From NCBI GenBank assembly GCA_046351535.1, contig JAXLYG010000005.1, positions 357,334-421,333 on the forward strand: a stretch of 64,000 bases of DNA. Reading direction: 5' to 3'. This DNA comes from Polyangiales bacterium (GTDB taxonomy: Bacteria; Myxococcota_A; Polyangia; Polyangiales; Ga0077539). Position 1 is the first letter of the stretch. Each line of letters opens with the position of its first letter. The notes under the pieces are model-generated. The model was not told where the DNA came from, searched no databases, and was given only the letters and a program-made list of their open reading frames with translations. Position numbers and translations under genes: made by a program. Below are positions 23,384-34,022 of the stretch, piece after piece.

Positions 23384-24370
23384 ATGCGAGCCACGACAGT
23401 TCTACTCACCCTCTCGCTGCTCGCGGCGCCCGCGGCGGCCTCCGCGCAGGACAACACCGCCTTCGCGCAGCAGCGCTTCTCGCAGGGCTCCGCGCTCTAC
23501 GACCAGCGCCAGTGGGAGCCCGCCCTCGCGGAGTTCCGCCAGTCGATCTCGCTCTACAACTCGCCCAACACGCGGCTCTACATCGCGCGGTGTCTGCGCG
23601 AGCTCGGCCGCTTCGACGAGTCGGTGGTGGAGTTCGAACGCACCGCCCGCGAGGCCGGTGACCGCGCCGCGTCAGACCCGCGCTACGCCACCACGCGCGA
23701 CGTCGCCAACAGCGAGCTCACCGCGGTCAGGCCGCGCGTCGGCAGGCTCACGGTCACCGTCCCCGAGCTCCCGCCGAACGCCGTGGTGCGCGTGAACGGG
23801 CGCGACATTCCCCGCGAGGGCGTCGGCGTCGCGATGCCCGTGATGCCCGGTCACATCACCGTGCACGTCGAGTCGCCCGAGTTCTTCCCCGAGGACCGCG
23901 AGTCCGACGTGGTCGCGGGCGGCGAGGCCACCGTGGGGATTCCCCTGCGCCGAAGGCCCGTGCTCGAAGGCCACACCGAGGTCGCGCGGCCCCTCCGCAC
24001 GACGCCCGTCGTGGTCGCGCCGCCGCCGAGGGGGGGCATCCCCCGCAGCTACGGCTGGATCGGCGTGGGCGTGGGCGCCGCCGGGATCGTGGGCTTCGCG
24101 GCCTTCGGGGCCCTCGCGAGCGCGCGCTTCAACGACATCTCGTCGCGCTGCGGCGGCGCCGTCGCCTGCTCGCAGGAGGACCTCTCGCTCCGCGACGGCG
24201 GCAAGACCCTCACGACGCTCGCCAACGTCTCGCTCGGCGTCGGCATCGCGGGCGCCGTGGCCGCGACGGTGCTCTTCCTCGTCGGTCGCCCCGCGCAGGA
24301 GCAGCCTCCCGCGCCGACCGTCACCGTGGGCCTCTCGGGCAACGGCGTCTCGCTCGGCGGAGTGTTCTGA
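23384..24370 (+). CDS. Secreted TPR-like/PEGA-like domain protein with C-terminal transmembrane segment
   Basis: Signal peptide LLAAPAAASAQD. TPR-like helical N-terminal region, beta-rich middle, TM helices near the C-terminus (GWIGVGVGAAGIVGFAAFGAL). Confidence 0.5.
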   Translation: MRATTVLLTLSLLAAPAAASAQDNTAFAQQRFSQGSALYDQRQWEPALAEFRQSISLYNSPNTRLYIARCLRELGRFDESVVEFERTAREAGDRAASDPRYATTRDVANSELTAVRPRVGRLTVTVPELPPNAVVRVNGRDIPREGVGVAMPVMPGHITVHVESPEFFPEDRESDVVAGGEATVGIPLRRRPVLEGHTEVARPLRTTPVVVAPPPRGGIPRSYGWIGVGVGAAGIVGFAAFGALASARFNDISSRCGGAVACSQEDLSLRDGGKTLTTLANVSLGVGIAGAVAATVLFLVGRPAQEQPPAPTVTVGLSGNGVSLGGVF

Positions 24371-26784
24371 TGCGCTCGCACAACCTTCTCTTCCTCTGCG
24401 CCGCGGCCGCGCTCCTCGGCGCCTGCTCGTTCAACTGGGACACCTTTCAGGGCCCGCACGGCAACGCGGACGTGCCCAAGTCCACCGACGTCTCCGACGC
24501 CTCGATGGACACGCCCGACACGGCCCCCGAGTGCACCCCCGCGAGCGACACGTGCCCCGTCGGGCAGTACTGCTCTCCCGGGCTCAACCAGTGCGTCTCG
24601 GGCTGTCGCAACGACACCGACTGCGCGGGCATGAGCGACGGCGGGGCGGGCTCGCTCCACTGCGCCACGGCCTCGCACATGTGCGTGCCCTGCGTCACCG
24701 ACACGCACTGCCCGCTCGGGCAGCTCTGCATGGGGAGCACCTGCGTCGAGGGCTGCAACGCCTCGCACGCGTGCCCCTCGGGTCGCGCGTGCTGCGCGGG
24801 CGGGTGCGTCGACACGCAGGCGAACGCCGCCCACTGCGGCGCCTGCGGGAGCGCGTGCAGCACGCCCAACGGGACGCCCACGTGCATCGGCGGCGCGTGC
24901 GCCATCGAGTCGTGCCGCGCGGGCTTCGGCGACTGCGACCGCAGCGCCAACAACGGCTGCGAGACCGACACCACCACGTCGCTCGCCCACTGCGGCGGCT
25001 GCGGGATGGCGTGCACGCCTCCGGCCCACGCCGCCGCGGTCTGCACGATGGGTCGATGCGGGATGGGGATGTGCGACGCGGGCTACGCCGACTGCGACGG
25101 CAACCCGATGAACGGCTGCGAGGTGAACCTCCGCACCGACACGTCGAACTGCGGCACCTGCGGGACGGTGTGCAACTTCCCCGGCGCGACGGCGGCGTGC
25201 GCGCTCGGCGCGTGCGTTCGGACGATGTGCTCCGCGGGCATGGGCGACTGCGACGGCAACCCCGCCGCCTGCGAGGTCACCTTCGCCACCGACGTGAACA
25301 ACTGCGGCCGCTGCGGGAACATGTGCGCCTTTCCCCACGCGACGGCCTCGTGCGCCGCGGGGACCTGCGCCATGACCCGCTGCGACACGGGCTTCGGCGA
25401 CTGCGACGGCAACCCCATGAACGGCTGCGAGACCGACCTCACGTCGAGCCTCGCGAACTGCGGCACCTGCGGCAACGTCTGCGTCTTCGCGGGCGGAACG
25501 GGCGTGTGCCGCGCCGGGGCCTGCGCGCTCGCCGCGTGCGACACGGGCCGCGACAACTGCGACGGCATGGCCTCCAACGGCTGCGAGGTCGACCTCCGCT
25601 CGAACCTCTCGAACTGCGGCTCGTGCGGGCGTCCCTGCGCGCCGCGGCCCAACAGCACCTCGTTCTGCTCGTCGATGGTCTGCGGCCTCACGTGCGCGTC
25701 GGGCTTCGAGAACTGCGACGCCGCCGAGGCCAACGGCTGCGAGACCGACGTGGGCACCAGCCTCTCGAACTGCGGCGGCTGCGGCCGCTCCTGCGCGCCG
25801 CCCCTCGCTACCGGCGCGTGCCGCGCGGGCGTGTGCACCGTCGCGAGCTGCAACGCCAACTTCGGCAACTGCGACGCCATCGACGGCAACGGCTGCGAGA
25901 CCGACCTCCGCACGACGCTGGCGCACTGCGGCGCGTGCGGCCGCGCGTGCAATCCGCCCAACGCGACGGGCATCTGCGCGGCGGGCACGTGCCGCGTCGA
26001 CGCGTGCACGAGCGGGCTCATCCTCAACTGCGATGGGCTCGACGCGAACGGCTGCGAGGCCGACCTCAGGGTCGACAACACGAACTGCGGCTCGTGCGGA
26101 AACCGCTGCGCCGCAGGGCGAACGTGCGTGCTCGGGCGCTGCACCACGCCGGGCTTCGCGGGCTACACCCAGACCGTGCCGCCGGCGGGCGTCGCGTGGA
26201 TCGACGCGTGCGCGCTCCCGGGGCGCGAGGTCGTGCTCACCTTCGAAGACGACAACGCGTGGGTGGGGACGCTGCCCTTCCCCGTGGAGTTCTGGGGCGC
26301 GACGAACACCGACTACGTCGTCCAGACCAACGGCTTCGTCGGCTTCGGGAACATCTTCTACAACTACCGCCCCGACGCGTTCCCCTCGACGGGCGCGCTG
26401 CGCAACTGGGGGCGCCTGCCGACCACGACGGGCTTCGCGCCCGGCGCGTACCTCTTCGGCTCCGACCTGGTGATGTCGTCGTCGGGCGTCTGCATCGCCT
26501 CCACCGGCGCCGCGCCCAACCGCACGTGGATCGCCGAGTTCGCCGCGGCGCACAGCTACACGAGCGCCATCGGCTTCACGTCGTTCACCTTCGAGATCCT
26601 CGCCTACGAGACCGTGCGCAGCGTCGACTTCCTCTACAACACGCTCACGCTCCCGGCGCCGCTCACGGCGAGCTCGCCGGACCTCGTCACCATCGGCATC
26701 CAGGATCACTTCGCCACGCCCCACGCGTCGCTCTACAGCGGCACCGTGACCTCGGGCTCGCGCATCCGCTTCCAGCCCAACTGA
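24370..26784 (+). CDS. Lipoprotein with about 12 tandem myxococcal-type cysteine-rich repeats (NCGxCGxxC...GxCxxxxCxxGxxDCDGNxxNGCE) plus a C-terminal domain
   Basis: Lipobox LLGACS. A ~40-aa Cys-rich module repeats regularly through residues ~60-560. ATG overlaps the upstream stop. Confidence 0.75.
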   Translation: MRSHNLLFLCAAAALLGACSFNWDTFQGPHGNADVPKSTDVSDASMDTPDTAPECTPASDTCPVGQYCSPGLNQCVSGCRNDTDCAGMSDGGAGSLHCATASHMCVPCVTDTHCPLGQLCMGSTCVEGCNASHACPSGRACCAGGCVDTQANAAHCGACGSACSTPNGTPTCIGGACAIESCRAGFGDCDRSANNGCETDTTTSLAHCGGCGMACTPPAHAAAVCTMGRCGMGMCDAGYADCDGNPMNGCEVNLRTDTSNCGTCGTVCNFPGATAACALGACVRTMCSAGMGDCDGNPAACEVTFATDVNNCGRCGNMCAFPHATASCAAGTCAMTRCDTGFGDCDGNPMNGCETDLTSSLANCGTCGNVCVFAGGTGVCRAGACALAACDTGRDNCDGMASNGCEVDLRSNLSNCGSCGRPCAPRPNSTSFCSSMVCGLTCASGFENCDAAEANGCETDVGTSLSNCGGCGRSCAPPLATGACRAGVCTVASCNANFGNCDAIDGNGCETDLRTTLAHCGACGRACNPPNATGICAAGTCRVDACTSGLILNCDGLDANGCEADLRVDNTNCGSCGNRCAAGRTCVLGRCTTPGFAGYTQTVPPAGVAWIDACALPGREVVLTFEDDNAWVGTLPFPVEFWGATNTDYVVQTNGFVGFGNIFYNYRPDAFPSTGALRNWGRLPTTTGFAPGAYLFGSDLVMSSSGVCIASTGAAPNRTWIAEFAAAHSYTSAIGFTSFTFEILAYETVRSVDFLYNTLTLPAPLTASSPDLVTIGIQDHFATPHASLYSGTVTSGSRIRFQPN

Positions 26785-26794
26785 TCGCGCGAAC

Positions 26795-26822
26795 GAGCGC
26801 AGCTCGACGGTCCCGCGGAGTC
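26795..26822. terminator. Hairpin (cccgcgg-agtcg-ccgcggg) between convergent genes
   Basis: Perfect 7-bp stem with 5-nt loop in the 110-bp gap between convergent CDSs. Possible bidirectional terminator. Confidence 0.3.
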
Positions 26823-26895
26823 GCCGCGGGGCCATCGAGGCGTCGTTGTGTGGGATGTGTTCGGGGGCGCGGAGAGAGGACGAGAGGCCGTCGCG

Positions 26896-28704
26896 TCAGC
26901 GCGCGCGGCCGTGGGCGACGTACATCTGCGGCGTGCCCGTACGCGTGTCGCTCCAGGTGGCCCAGAGGGCGCCCTGCGGCGAGAGCGTGAGGCCGAGGTA
27001 GTCGCCGTGCCACGTGCGGGGGTCGCGGCTCGTCGTGAACGTGAACCTGTCGTCGCTCACGGCCTCGTTGGCGCCGCAGGGCATCGACGGGTCGCCGGGG
27101 CAGCGCGCGTAGGCCACGGCCCCGTCGCCGAAGCGGTTCTCGAGCCAGATCGCGTGCACGACGTGGGTCGTCGTGTCGACCACGATCGCGGGGAACGCGT
27201 GCGTCGCGCACGAGTCGGGCTCGTCGTTGACCTTGCGGTGTGTCCACGTGGCGCCGCGGTCGGTGCTCGTCGCGAGGATGAGGTCCCACGCGGCGGTGGC
27301 GTTGCCCGAGGGGTAGAGCACGTGCACCGTGTCGCCGTCGATCGCGACGGGGGGCTGCACGTACACGGGCGAGTCCGTGGGCCGCGACACGACGCGCAGC
27401 GAGTCCTGCGTGCGGAAGCCGTCGCCCGAGCGGCGGAAATAGATGTGGTTCTCCGGCGAGCCGAAGCGCACCGCGCCGTCGGCGCCCGCCGCCATGCCCA
27501 CGGGGAGCCCCACCCACGCCGCGGCGATCTCGCCGGGCCGACCCACCGCGAACTGGATCAGGTTGGGCGTCGTGGGCGTGCCCGCGGAGTAGCGTCCGAT
27601 GGTGATGGGCGCCGACCATGTGCGGCCGCCATCGTCAGAGCGCTGCACCGTGAGGTTCACCGCGGTCATCGTCTGCACGACGTAGCCGATGTAGACCGCC
27701 TCGGTGCCCGCGGTCATGCCGGGCCCCGTGATGATCCACGGCTTGTCGCAGATGCCGCCCTGGTTGCAGAAGTTCGTCGGCTCGATGGCGCGGGGGTCGG
27801 CCCACGTGCGCCCCGAGTCGGTGCTCTCGGTGATGCGCACCGTGGAGCCCTGCACCTGGCCGAGCGTGTTGCGCCGCAGGCCGATGAAGGTCATGCGCAG
27901 GGCGCCGTTGCTCGCGGCGTAGTCGAGCACCGGGTCGCTCGCGCTGCCGAGGGGATCGGCGACGCTGCCCCACTCCCAGGTCGTGCCGCCGTTGGTGCTC
28001 ACCGACACGCCCATGAAGGCCGAGCTGCGGCCCACGGCGATGTACGAGCTCGCCACGTTGCCGTTCGTCGGGTGGATCGCGATGTTGCCCTCGGCCGCCG
28101 CGGCGAGGTCGCGACGACCCGACGAGACCGACGCGTTGGCGCCCATGAAGGTGCGGCGGGGGAGGGCCGCGAGCTGGTGCGGTCCGGCCGCGGTGGTGAA
28201 GCACGCGGAGCCGTCGGCGCGCGCGCCGATGGGGGCGTCGTTGACCGAGCAGACGCGGCGACCGGCGGTGGTGCTCGGCGCGCAGACGTAGCCCTCGGCG
28301 GTGCGACAGTCGGCGTTGGCGGCGCACGTGCGGAGGCACACGGGGAAGCCCTGGAGCGTCGAGCAGGTCGAGTCGGAGGGGCAGCGCGCGCCGCCGTTGC
28401 ACACCGCGACGCAGTACCCGCCGTTGAACCCGATGGCGTCGTTCAGGCAGATCTGCCCGGCCGCGCAGGAGCCCTGCGCGAACATCTGGTCGGTCTCGCA
28501 GGGCGTCCCGATGCCGCTCGCGGGCGGGGGCTTGTCGGGCGGAGGCGCGACGTCGACGACGGGCTCGTTGTCGACCGCGACGTCGGCGGGGGCGTTGTCG
28601 ATGGCGACGTCGCGCGGGCCCGCGTCGGTCCCTTCGACCGTAGAGCCGCAGGCCCCGAGGGCCGCGAGGAGTAGCAGGTCACGAACCGGTCGAACGTCGC
28701 GCAT
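26896..28704 (-). CDS. BNR/Asp-box repeat lipoprotein (sialidase-like beta-propeller fold) with Cys-rich N-terminal module
   Basis: Lipobox LAALGACGS. Asp-box motifs STDSGRTW, SDDGGRTW, STDRGATW. The sense-strand ORF over the same region is Arg/Gly-rich nonsense. Confidence 0.7.
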   Translation of the reverse strand: MRDVRPVRDLLLLAALGACGSTVEGTDAGPRDVAIDNAPADVAVDNEPVVDVAPPPDKPPPASGIGTPCETDQMFAQGSCAAGQICLNDAIGFNGGYCVAVCNGGARCPSDSTCSTLQGFPVCLRTCAANADCRTAEGYVCAPSTTAGRRVCSVNDAPIGARADGSACFTTAAGPHQLAALPRRTFMGANASVSSGRRDLAAAAEGNIAIHPTNGNVASSYIAVGRSSAFMGVSVSTNGGTTWEWGSVADPLGSASDPVLDYAASNGALRMTFIGLRRNTLGQVQGSTVRITESTDSGRTWADPRAIEPTNFCNQGGICDKPWIITGPGMTAGTEAVYIGYVVQTMTAVNLTVQRSDDGGRTWSAPITIGRYSAGTPTTPNLIQFAVGRPGEIAAAWVGLPVGMAAGADGAVRFGSPENHIYFRRSGDGFRTQDSLRVVSRPTDSPVYVQPPVAIDGDTVHVLYPSGNATAAWDLILATSTDRGATWTHRKVNDEPDSCATHAFPAIVVDTTTHVVHAIWLENRFGDGAVAYARCPGDPSMPCGANEAVSDDRFTFTTSRDPRTWHGDYLGLTLSPQGALWATWSDTRTGTPQMYVAHGRAR

Positions 28705-28837
28705 GAAGCCTCATGAAGAAGGGAGTGCCGGGTGTCTCTGGCGCGCGGCATCCTCTTTGGTGAGACGCGCCCTGTCAACGCGGCGAAGCGCCGACGCAGG
28801 GGTTGCGCGATGCGTCGTCCGCTACGCAGCGACGCGC

Positions 28838-29566
28838 TCAGCGGTGCTTGTCCGAGCGGGCGAGCTCGCTCAGCACGGCCACGAGCGAGGGGCGCTCGGG
28901 CTCGGGCATGAAGCGCGCGCCGAGGCCCAGGTCTCGCGTCCGCGACACGGCGCGGAGGTCCTCGAGAAAATCGTGGAGGGTCGCGCTGGCGTCGCGCCGT
29001 CGGAGGCCCTCCCTGATCGCGTAGGCCATGCCCGGGGTGTTGGGGCGGCCGAAGGCCTCGATGGCCCAGGTCATCCAACGGTCGAGCGCGTCGCGGAAGG
29101 GCTCCGCGGTGTCGCTCGCGTGGGCCACGTCTGCCGCGGCGCCCTCGATGAGGCTCTGCCGCGCGTCGAGCTCCGAGACCGCGCGGGCCACGAGCTCCCG
29201 ATACGGCGCGTAGGAGCACTGCTGGTGCTCGTGGAGCTGCCACCGGCACTGGCGTCCCGCGACGAGCTGCGCGGCCACGGCCTCGGGCCACGACGCGGGC
29301 GCCGCGGGGAGCTTCGGGTGCTCGATGGAGCGCGACGGCGGCGCGAGCCCGACGCCGTCGTTCACCGCTTCGTAGATGGCCGAGAGCGACGCGAAGAGGG
29401 CCGTGAGCTCGCGCACCTGACCGCCGCAGAAGCGCAGCCACGCCGACGTGGGCGCGTAGCGGAGCCCCGCCGAGACGGTGACCGCGCAGTGAAACACGCG
29501 CGCCCCGTGCGACTCGATCATGCGGCACACGGTCGATCGGTAGAGCTCGTCGGAGACGTCGGTCAC
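28838..29566 (-). CDS. Hypothetical protein, last gene of the CoA-ligase operon
   Basis: GTG start overlaps the creatininase-family stop (GTGA). No recognisable domain. Confidence 0.45.
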   Translation of the reverse strand: MTDVSDELYRSTVCRMIESHGARVFHCAVTVSAGLRYAPTSAWLRFCGGQVRELTALFASLSAIYEAVNDGVGLAPPSRSIEHPKLPAAPASWPEAVAAQLVAGRQCRWQLHEHQQCSYAPYRELVARAVSELDARQSLIEGAAADVAHASDTAEPFRDALDRWMTWAIEAFGRPNTPGMAYAIREGLRRRDASATLHDFLEDLRAVSRTRDLGLGARFMPEPERPSLVAVLSELARSDKHR

Positions 29567-30318
29567 GGCGCGCGCGCTCCTTCGATGGACTCGCGCACCT
29601 CGGTGACGATCATCGTGGCGAGGCGGTCGTAGAGGCCCTCGCCCTCGTCGCGCGTGGCCGCGGTGGGGGTGCCGAAGTACGCGCGGTCGGCGCCCATCTC
29701 GAGGAAGGTGTGCCGGCCCTCGCGGATCGCGACGGAGAGCGAGATGGGCACCGGGGCGAGGGTTGCGCGGATCTCTTCGCGCACGAGGTCGGGGCGCGCG
29801 GCGAGCACGAGCGAGGTCTCGTAGGAGCCCGCGTGACAGTCTCCGCGGCGGAACTCGTCGGAGAGCGTGCGCCCCCAGCGCCGCGTGAGCTGGTTCGCGA
29901 AGAGCGCGCCGGGGACCTTCGCCACGGCGCGCGCGAGGGCCTCGACGTGCGCGGGTTCGAGGTGGTTGTTCACCACGCAGACGCGTTCGAATCCAGCGGA
30001 GATCCAGGCCGTCGAGAGCTCTTCGAGGATGCGCTCGGTGGTCTCGGGCGAGAGGCTCACGGCGCCCGCGAAGCCCGCCGCGTAGCGCGTCACGCCGTAG
30101 GGGAGGGCGGGCGCGACGACGGCGTTGATGTTGGCCTCACGCAGTCTCGATGCGGCCACCTCGCACGCGCGCTCCGAGAGGATCGCGTCGGTCGCGAGGG
30201 GCAGGTGCGGCCCGTGCGGCTCGGTGCTCCCCACGGGCAGGAGCACGACGGGATGCGGCGCGCGGAGCAGCGCGGCGCACTCTTCGGTGGTGAGCTCTCC
30301 GAGTCGGAGCGAGGTCAT
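29563..30318 (-). CDS. Creatininase-family amidohydrolase
   Basis: Creatininase-family motifs VLLPVGSTEPHGPHLPLATD and NNHLEPAH. Internal ATG at 30318; upstream ORF extension is Arg-rich. Confidence 0.75.
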   Translation of the reverse strand: MTSLRLGELTTEECAALLRAPHPVVLLPVGSTEPHGPHLPLATDAILSERACEVAASRLREANINAVVAPALPYGVTRYAAGFAGAVSLSPETTERILEELSTAWISAGFERVCVVNNHLEPAHVEALARAVAKVPGALFANQLTRRWGRTLSDEFRRGDCHAGSYETSLVLAARPDLVREEIRATLAPVPISLSVAIREGRHTFLEMGADRAYFGTPTAATRDEGEGLYDRLATMIVTEVRESIEGARAP

Positions 30319-30341
30319 GGCCGCGAGCGTATCAGCAGGGC

Positions 30342-31973
30342 TCACGCCCCGCGGAGCCTCTTGCGGTCGACCTTGCCGCGGTCGTTCTTGGGGAGCTCGC
30401 TGCGGAAGGTCACGGCGCGGGGGTACTTGTGCTTCGCGAGGCGGCTCTTGGCGAAGTCCTGGATGTCTCGCGCGAGGTCGTCTCCGGCGGTGAATCCGTC
30501 GCGGACGACGACGTGCGCGAGCGTGCGCATGAGGCCCTCCTCTTCGACGCCGACGACGGCCACCTCGGCGATCGCGGGGTGCGACAGCAGGCAGTCTTCG
30601 ACCTCGAGGAGCGACACCCAGAGGCCCGAGACCTTGAGCAGGTCGTCGGCGCGTCCCGCGAACCAGAGGTACCCGTCGGCGTCGAGGCGAAAGAGGTCGC
30701 TCGTGCAGCACCAGCGGCCGTGAAAGGTCTGCCAGCTCTTCTCGCGGTCGCCGTGATACCCGAGGGCGACGCTGTCACCCGCGACCCAGAGCGTGCCCAC
30801 CTCGCCGGGCGCGACGGGCTCGGCGCCGGGCTCCGTCGCGTCGCGCGGGAGCACCTTCACGGTGTAGCCGTCGACCACGCGGCCGAGGGAGCCGGGCTTG
30901 ATGTCTCCCGGTCGGTTGGTGACGTAGATGTGAAACATCTCCGCCGAGCCGATGCCGTCGTACACGTCGACGCCGAAGCGCTCGGTCCATCGCGAGAGCA
31001 GCGTCGGGGGGAGCGCCTCGCCCGCCGAGAGGCAGAAGCGAACGCTCGACACGTCGAGGCCCGCAGCGCCGCTCGCACGCGCCGTCGCGTCGTGCTCGAG
31101 GAGCTTGCCGATCATCGTCGGGACGTTGGTGAGCACCGTCGGTCGGTAGCGCGTGATGGCCTCGGTGAGCGAGGCCACGGTGGGGCGCTCGGAGAACATC
31201 CCCACGGAGGCGCCGACCCTGAACGGGAACATGAGGTTGGTGCCCGTGGCGTAGCCGAAGAAGAGCCTCGGGACGCTCACGCAGATGTCTCCGCGGCGGT
31301 ATCCCACGGTGCCGATCGCGTAGACCTCGGTGTTGAACGCGAAGTCGCGGTGCGTGTGAATCGCCGCCTTGGAGCGCCCCGTGGAGCCCGAGGTGAAGAG
31401 CCACACGGCCGGGTCGTCGCGGCGCGTGGGGAGGGGCTTCTCGCGCTCGGGCGAGGCCGTCGCGATGACGCGCGTGAGCGACTCGACGCGGGGCGCGCCG
31501 CCCGTGGCGGGGAGCGCGACGAGGGCCTCGGGGTCTTCGCCCGTGGCGGTGTCGGCGGTGACGAGCACGGCGCGGAGCCACGGAGAGCGCTCGATGGGGT
31601 CGCGCAGCGACTCGACGACGCGGCGCACGGTGACGAGGCACGACGCGCGCGTGTATTCGAGGAGGTACTCGAGGTCGTGCGTGGGCGCGTCGGGGTTGCC
31701 CATCGCGACGACGGCGCCGGCCTTCAAGACGCCGAAGAAGGTCCACGCGAAGGGGGGCAGGTCGGGGAGCACGATGAGGACGCGCTCCTCCGCGCGCACG
31801 CCGCGGGCGACGAGGGCCGAGGCGAGGGCCGCGGTGCGGCGCGCGACGTCGTCGAAGGTGTACGTGAGCGCCCCGTAGCGCAGCGCGACCTCGCCGCCGA
31901 GGCCGTCTGCGATGCGGTCGAAGAGGAAGTAGTCCGCGAGGTTGAACACGTCGGGGAAGGTCACGCTGTGCAC
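30342..31973 (-). CDS. AMP-dependent acyl-CoA ligase (benzoate-CoA ligase family-like)
   Basis: AMP-binding motif LFTSGSTGRSKAAIHTHRD, GEVGTLWVAGDSVALGY, C-terminal GKVDRKRLR. Confidence 0.8.
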   Translation of the reverse strand: MHSVTFPDVFNLADYFLFDRIADGLGGEVALRYGALTYTFDDVARRTAALASALVARGVRAEERVLIVLPDLPPFAWTFFGVLKAGAVVAMGNPDAPTHDLEYLLEYTRASCLVTVRRVVESLRDPIERSPWLRAVLVTADTATGEDPEALVALPATGGAPRVESLTRVIATASPEREKPLPTRRDDPAVWLFTSGSTGRSKAAIHTHRDFAFNTEVYAIGTVGYRRGDICVSVPRLFFGYATGTNLMFPFRVGASVGMFSERPTVASLTEAITRYRPTVLTNVPTMIGKLLEHDATARASGAAGLDVSSVRFCLSAGEALPPTLLSRWTERFGVDVYDGIGSAEMFHIYVTNRPGDIKPGSLGRVVDGYTVKVLPRDATEPGAEPVAPGEVGTLWVAGDSVALGYHGDREKSWQTFHGRWCCTSDLFRLDADGYLWFAGRADDLLKVSGLWVSLLEVEDCLLSHPAIAEVAVVGVEEEGLMRTLAHVVVRDGFTAGDDLARDIQDFAKSRLAKHKYPRAVTFRSELPKNDRGKVDRKRLRGA

Positions 31974-32037
31974 ATCGGCCTCGGTGGTGTGGGTGGAGAG
32001 ACGCTGGACCGTGGTGGGTGCGCCCTGCGAAGCGCGC

Positions 32038-33221
32038 TCAGGTCTTCGCGGCGTGCTCCGCGAGGAGCTGCGTCGCGATGACGAGCCGCTGGATCTCGGT
32101 GGTGCCCTCGTAGATGCGCAGCGCGCGCACCTCGCGGTAGAGCCGCTCGACGGCGTTGCCGCGCACGACGCCCGTTCCCCCGTGGAGCTGGAGCGCGCGG
32201 TCGATGATGCGCTGCGCGGCCTCCGTCGCGTACATCTTGCCCATGGCGGCTTCGAGCGAGACGCGGGGCGCGCCGCCGTCCTTCGCGTGGGCGGCGCGGT
32301 AGACGAGCAGCCGCGCGGCGTCGAGCTCCGTGGCCATCTCCGCGAGGTACGCCTGCGTCGACTGGAACTCCGCGAGCGCCTTGCCGAACTGCCTCCGCGA
32401 GGTCACCCGCGAGAGGGCCTCGTCGAGCGCCCTGCGGGCCATGCCGAGGGCCGCGGCGCCGACGGTGCTGCGGAACACGTCGAGCGTCGACATCGCGATC
32501 TTGAAGCCCGCGCCGACCTCTCCGAGGAGGCGATCGCCCGCGAGGCGGCACCCTTCGAAACGGATCGTCCCGAGGGGGTGATCGGCCATCATCGGGAGCT
32601 CGCCCGCGAAGACGAAGCCGGGGTCGTCGGGGCGCACGATGAAGGCCGTGATCCCGCGGCGTCCGAGCGACGGGTCGGCGTTCGCGAAGACCACGTAGTG
32701 ACCGGCGATCCCCGCGTTGGAGATGAAGGTCTTGGCGCCGTCGAGGACCCAACCGTCGCCGTCGCGGCGGGCCGTGGTGCGCATCGAAGACACGTCGCTC
32801 CCGGCCTCCTCCTCGGTGATCGCGAAGGCCGCGAGCGAGGTGCCGTCGGCCACCGCGGGGAGGAAGGTCTTCTTCTGCGCCGCCGTGCCCGCGAGCACGA
32901 TGGGGTAGCTCCCGAGGCCCTGCATCGCGAAGGTGGTGTCCGCGAGGCCGCTCGCCCACGCGAGGGTCTCGCGCACGAGGCACACCGCGCGCACGTCGAT
33001 GCCGTCGGGCTCACGCGCGGGGAGCCCGCCCACCGACGCGGGGACGCACGCCCGCAAGAGGCCCTTCTCCGCCAGAAGCGCCGCGAGCGCGCGGGGATCG
33101 TGCGACTCGACCTCGGGCGAGAGCGCCACGGCGCGCGCCACCCCGGCGATGGTCGCGTGGGAGGCATCGAAGAAGAACCCGAGGTCGTCGGTGCTGAGCC
33201 CGCAGCGTCGGCGCGCGGTCA
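32038..33221 (-). CDS. Acyl-CoA dehydrogenase
   Basis: ACAD C-terminal signature [16 protein letters not shown]/CoA-binding middle region. GTG start overlapping the hydratase stop. Confidence 0.85.
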
Positions 33222-34022
33222 CGGGGCGCCTCGGAACTTCGGCGCGCGCTTCGCGACGATGGCGTCGTAGGCCTCGCGAAAATCGGGGTGCTGCATGCAG
33301 ATGGCCTGCGCCTGCGCCTCGGCCTCGATGGCCTCTTCGAGCGACATCGTGTGCTCGGCCTCGATCATCTGCTTGGTCATCGTGTGCGCGAAGGCGGGGC
33401 CCTCGGAGAGCTTCTTCGCGAACTCCGTCGCCGCGGAGACCACCTCGGCGCGGGGCACGACGCGGTTCGCGAGGCCGATGCGGTACGCCTCCTGCGCGTC
33501 GACGAGCTCGCCCGAGAAGAGCAGCTCCGACGCGCGGCCGAGGCCCACGACGCGGGGCAGGAGGTAGGCCGCGCCCATGTCCGCGCCGCACAGGCCCACC
33601 TTCGGGAAGATGAACCCGAAGCGCGCGTCGTCGGCGGCGATGCGCACGTCGCACGCGAGCGCGATGACGGCCCCGGCGCCCACGGCCACGCCGTTGACCG
33701 CGGCGATCACGGGCCTGCGCACGCGACGGATGTTCCGGATGAGCGCGCCGGTGATGCGGGTGAAGTCGACGAGGCCCTGCATGTCGCGCTCGAAGAGCCG
33801 CGCGATGATGTCGTGGCGGTCGCCGCCGGAGCAGAACCCGCGGCCCGCGCCCGTGATGACCAGCGCGCGCACCTCGGGGTGCTTCTCGATGGCGACGAAG
33901 AACTCGCCGAGCTCGACGTAGCTGTCGAAGGTGAGGGAGTTCAGGCGCTCGGGGCGGTCGAGGGTGATCGTGCCGACGCCTGCGACGAGTTCGAAGCGAA
34001 AGTTCTCGGGCGAGAGGGTCAC
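33219..34022 (-). CDS. Enoyl-CoA hydratase/isomerase (crotonase family)
   Basis: [31 protein letters not shown] crotonase oxyanion-hole region. GTG start overlaps the RidA stop. Confidence 0.85.
   Translation of the reverse strand: MTLSPENFRFELVAGVGTITLDRPERLNSLTFDSYVELGEFFVAIEKHPEVRALVITGAGRGFCSGGDRHDIIARLFERDMQGLVDFTRITGALIRNIRRVRRPVIAAVNGVAVGAGAVIALACDVRIAADDARFGFIFPKVGLCGADMGAAYLLPRVVGLGRASELLFSGELVDAQEAYRIGLANRVVPRAEVVSAATEFAKKLSEGPAFAHTMTKQMIEAEHTMSLEEAIEAEAQAQAICMQHPDFREAYDAIVAKRAPKFRGAP

Noticed and set aside
24049-26835. 928-aa minus-strand ORF opposite the Cys-rich repeat lipoprotein
   Set aside because: The plus strand has a lipoprotein signal and regular Cys-repeat modules. The minus frame is Arg/Ala-rich (RxR runs) without structure.
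26848-28674. 608-aa plus-strand ORF opposite the BNR lipoprotein
   Set aside because: The minus strand shows lipobox and Asp-box (SxDxGxTW) motifs. The plus frame is Arg/Gly-rich.
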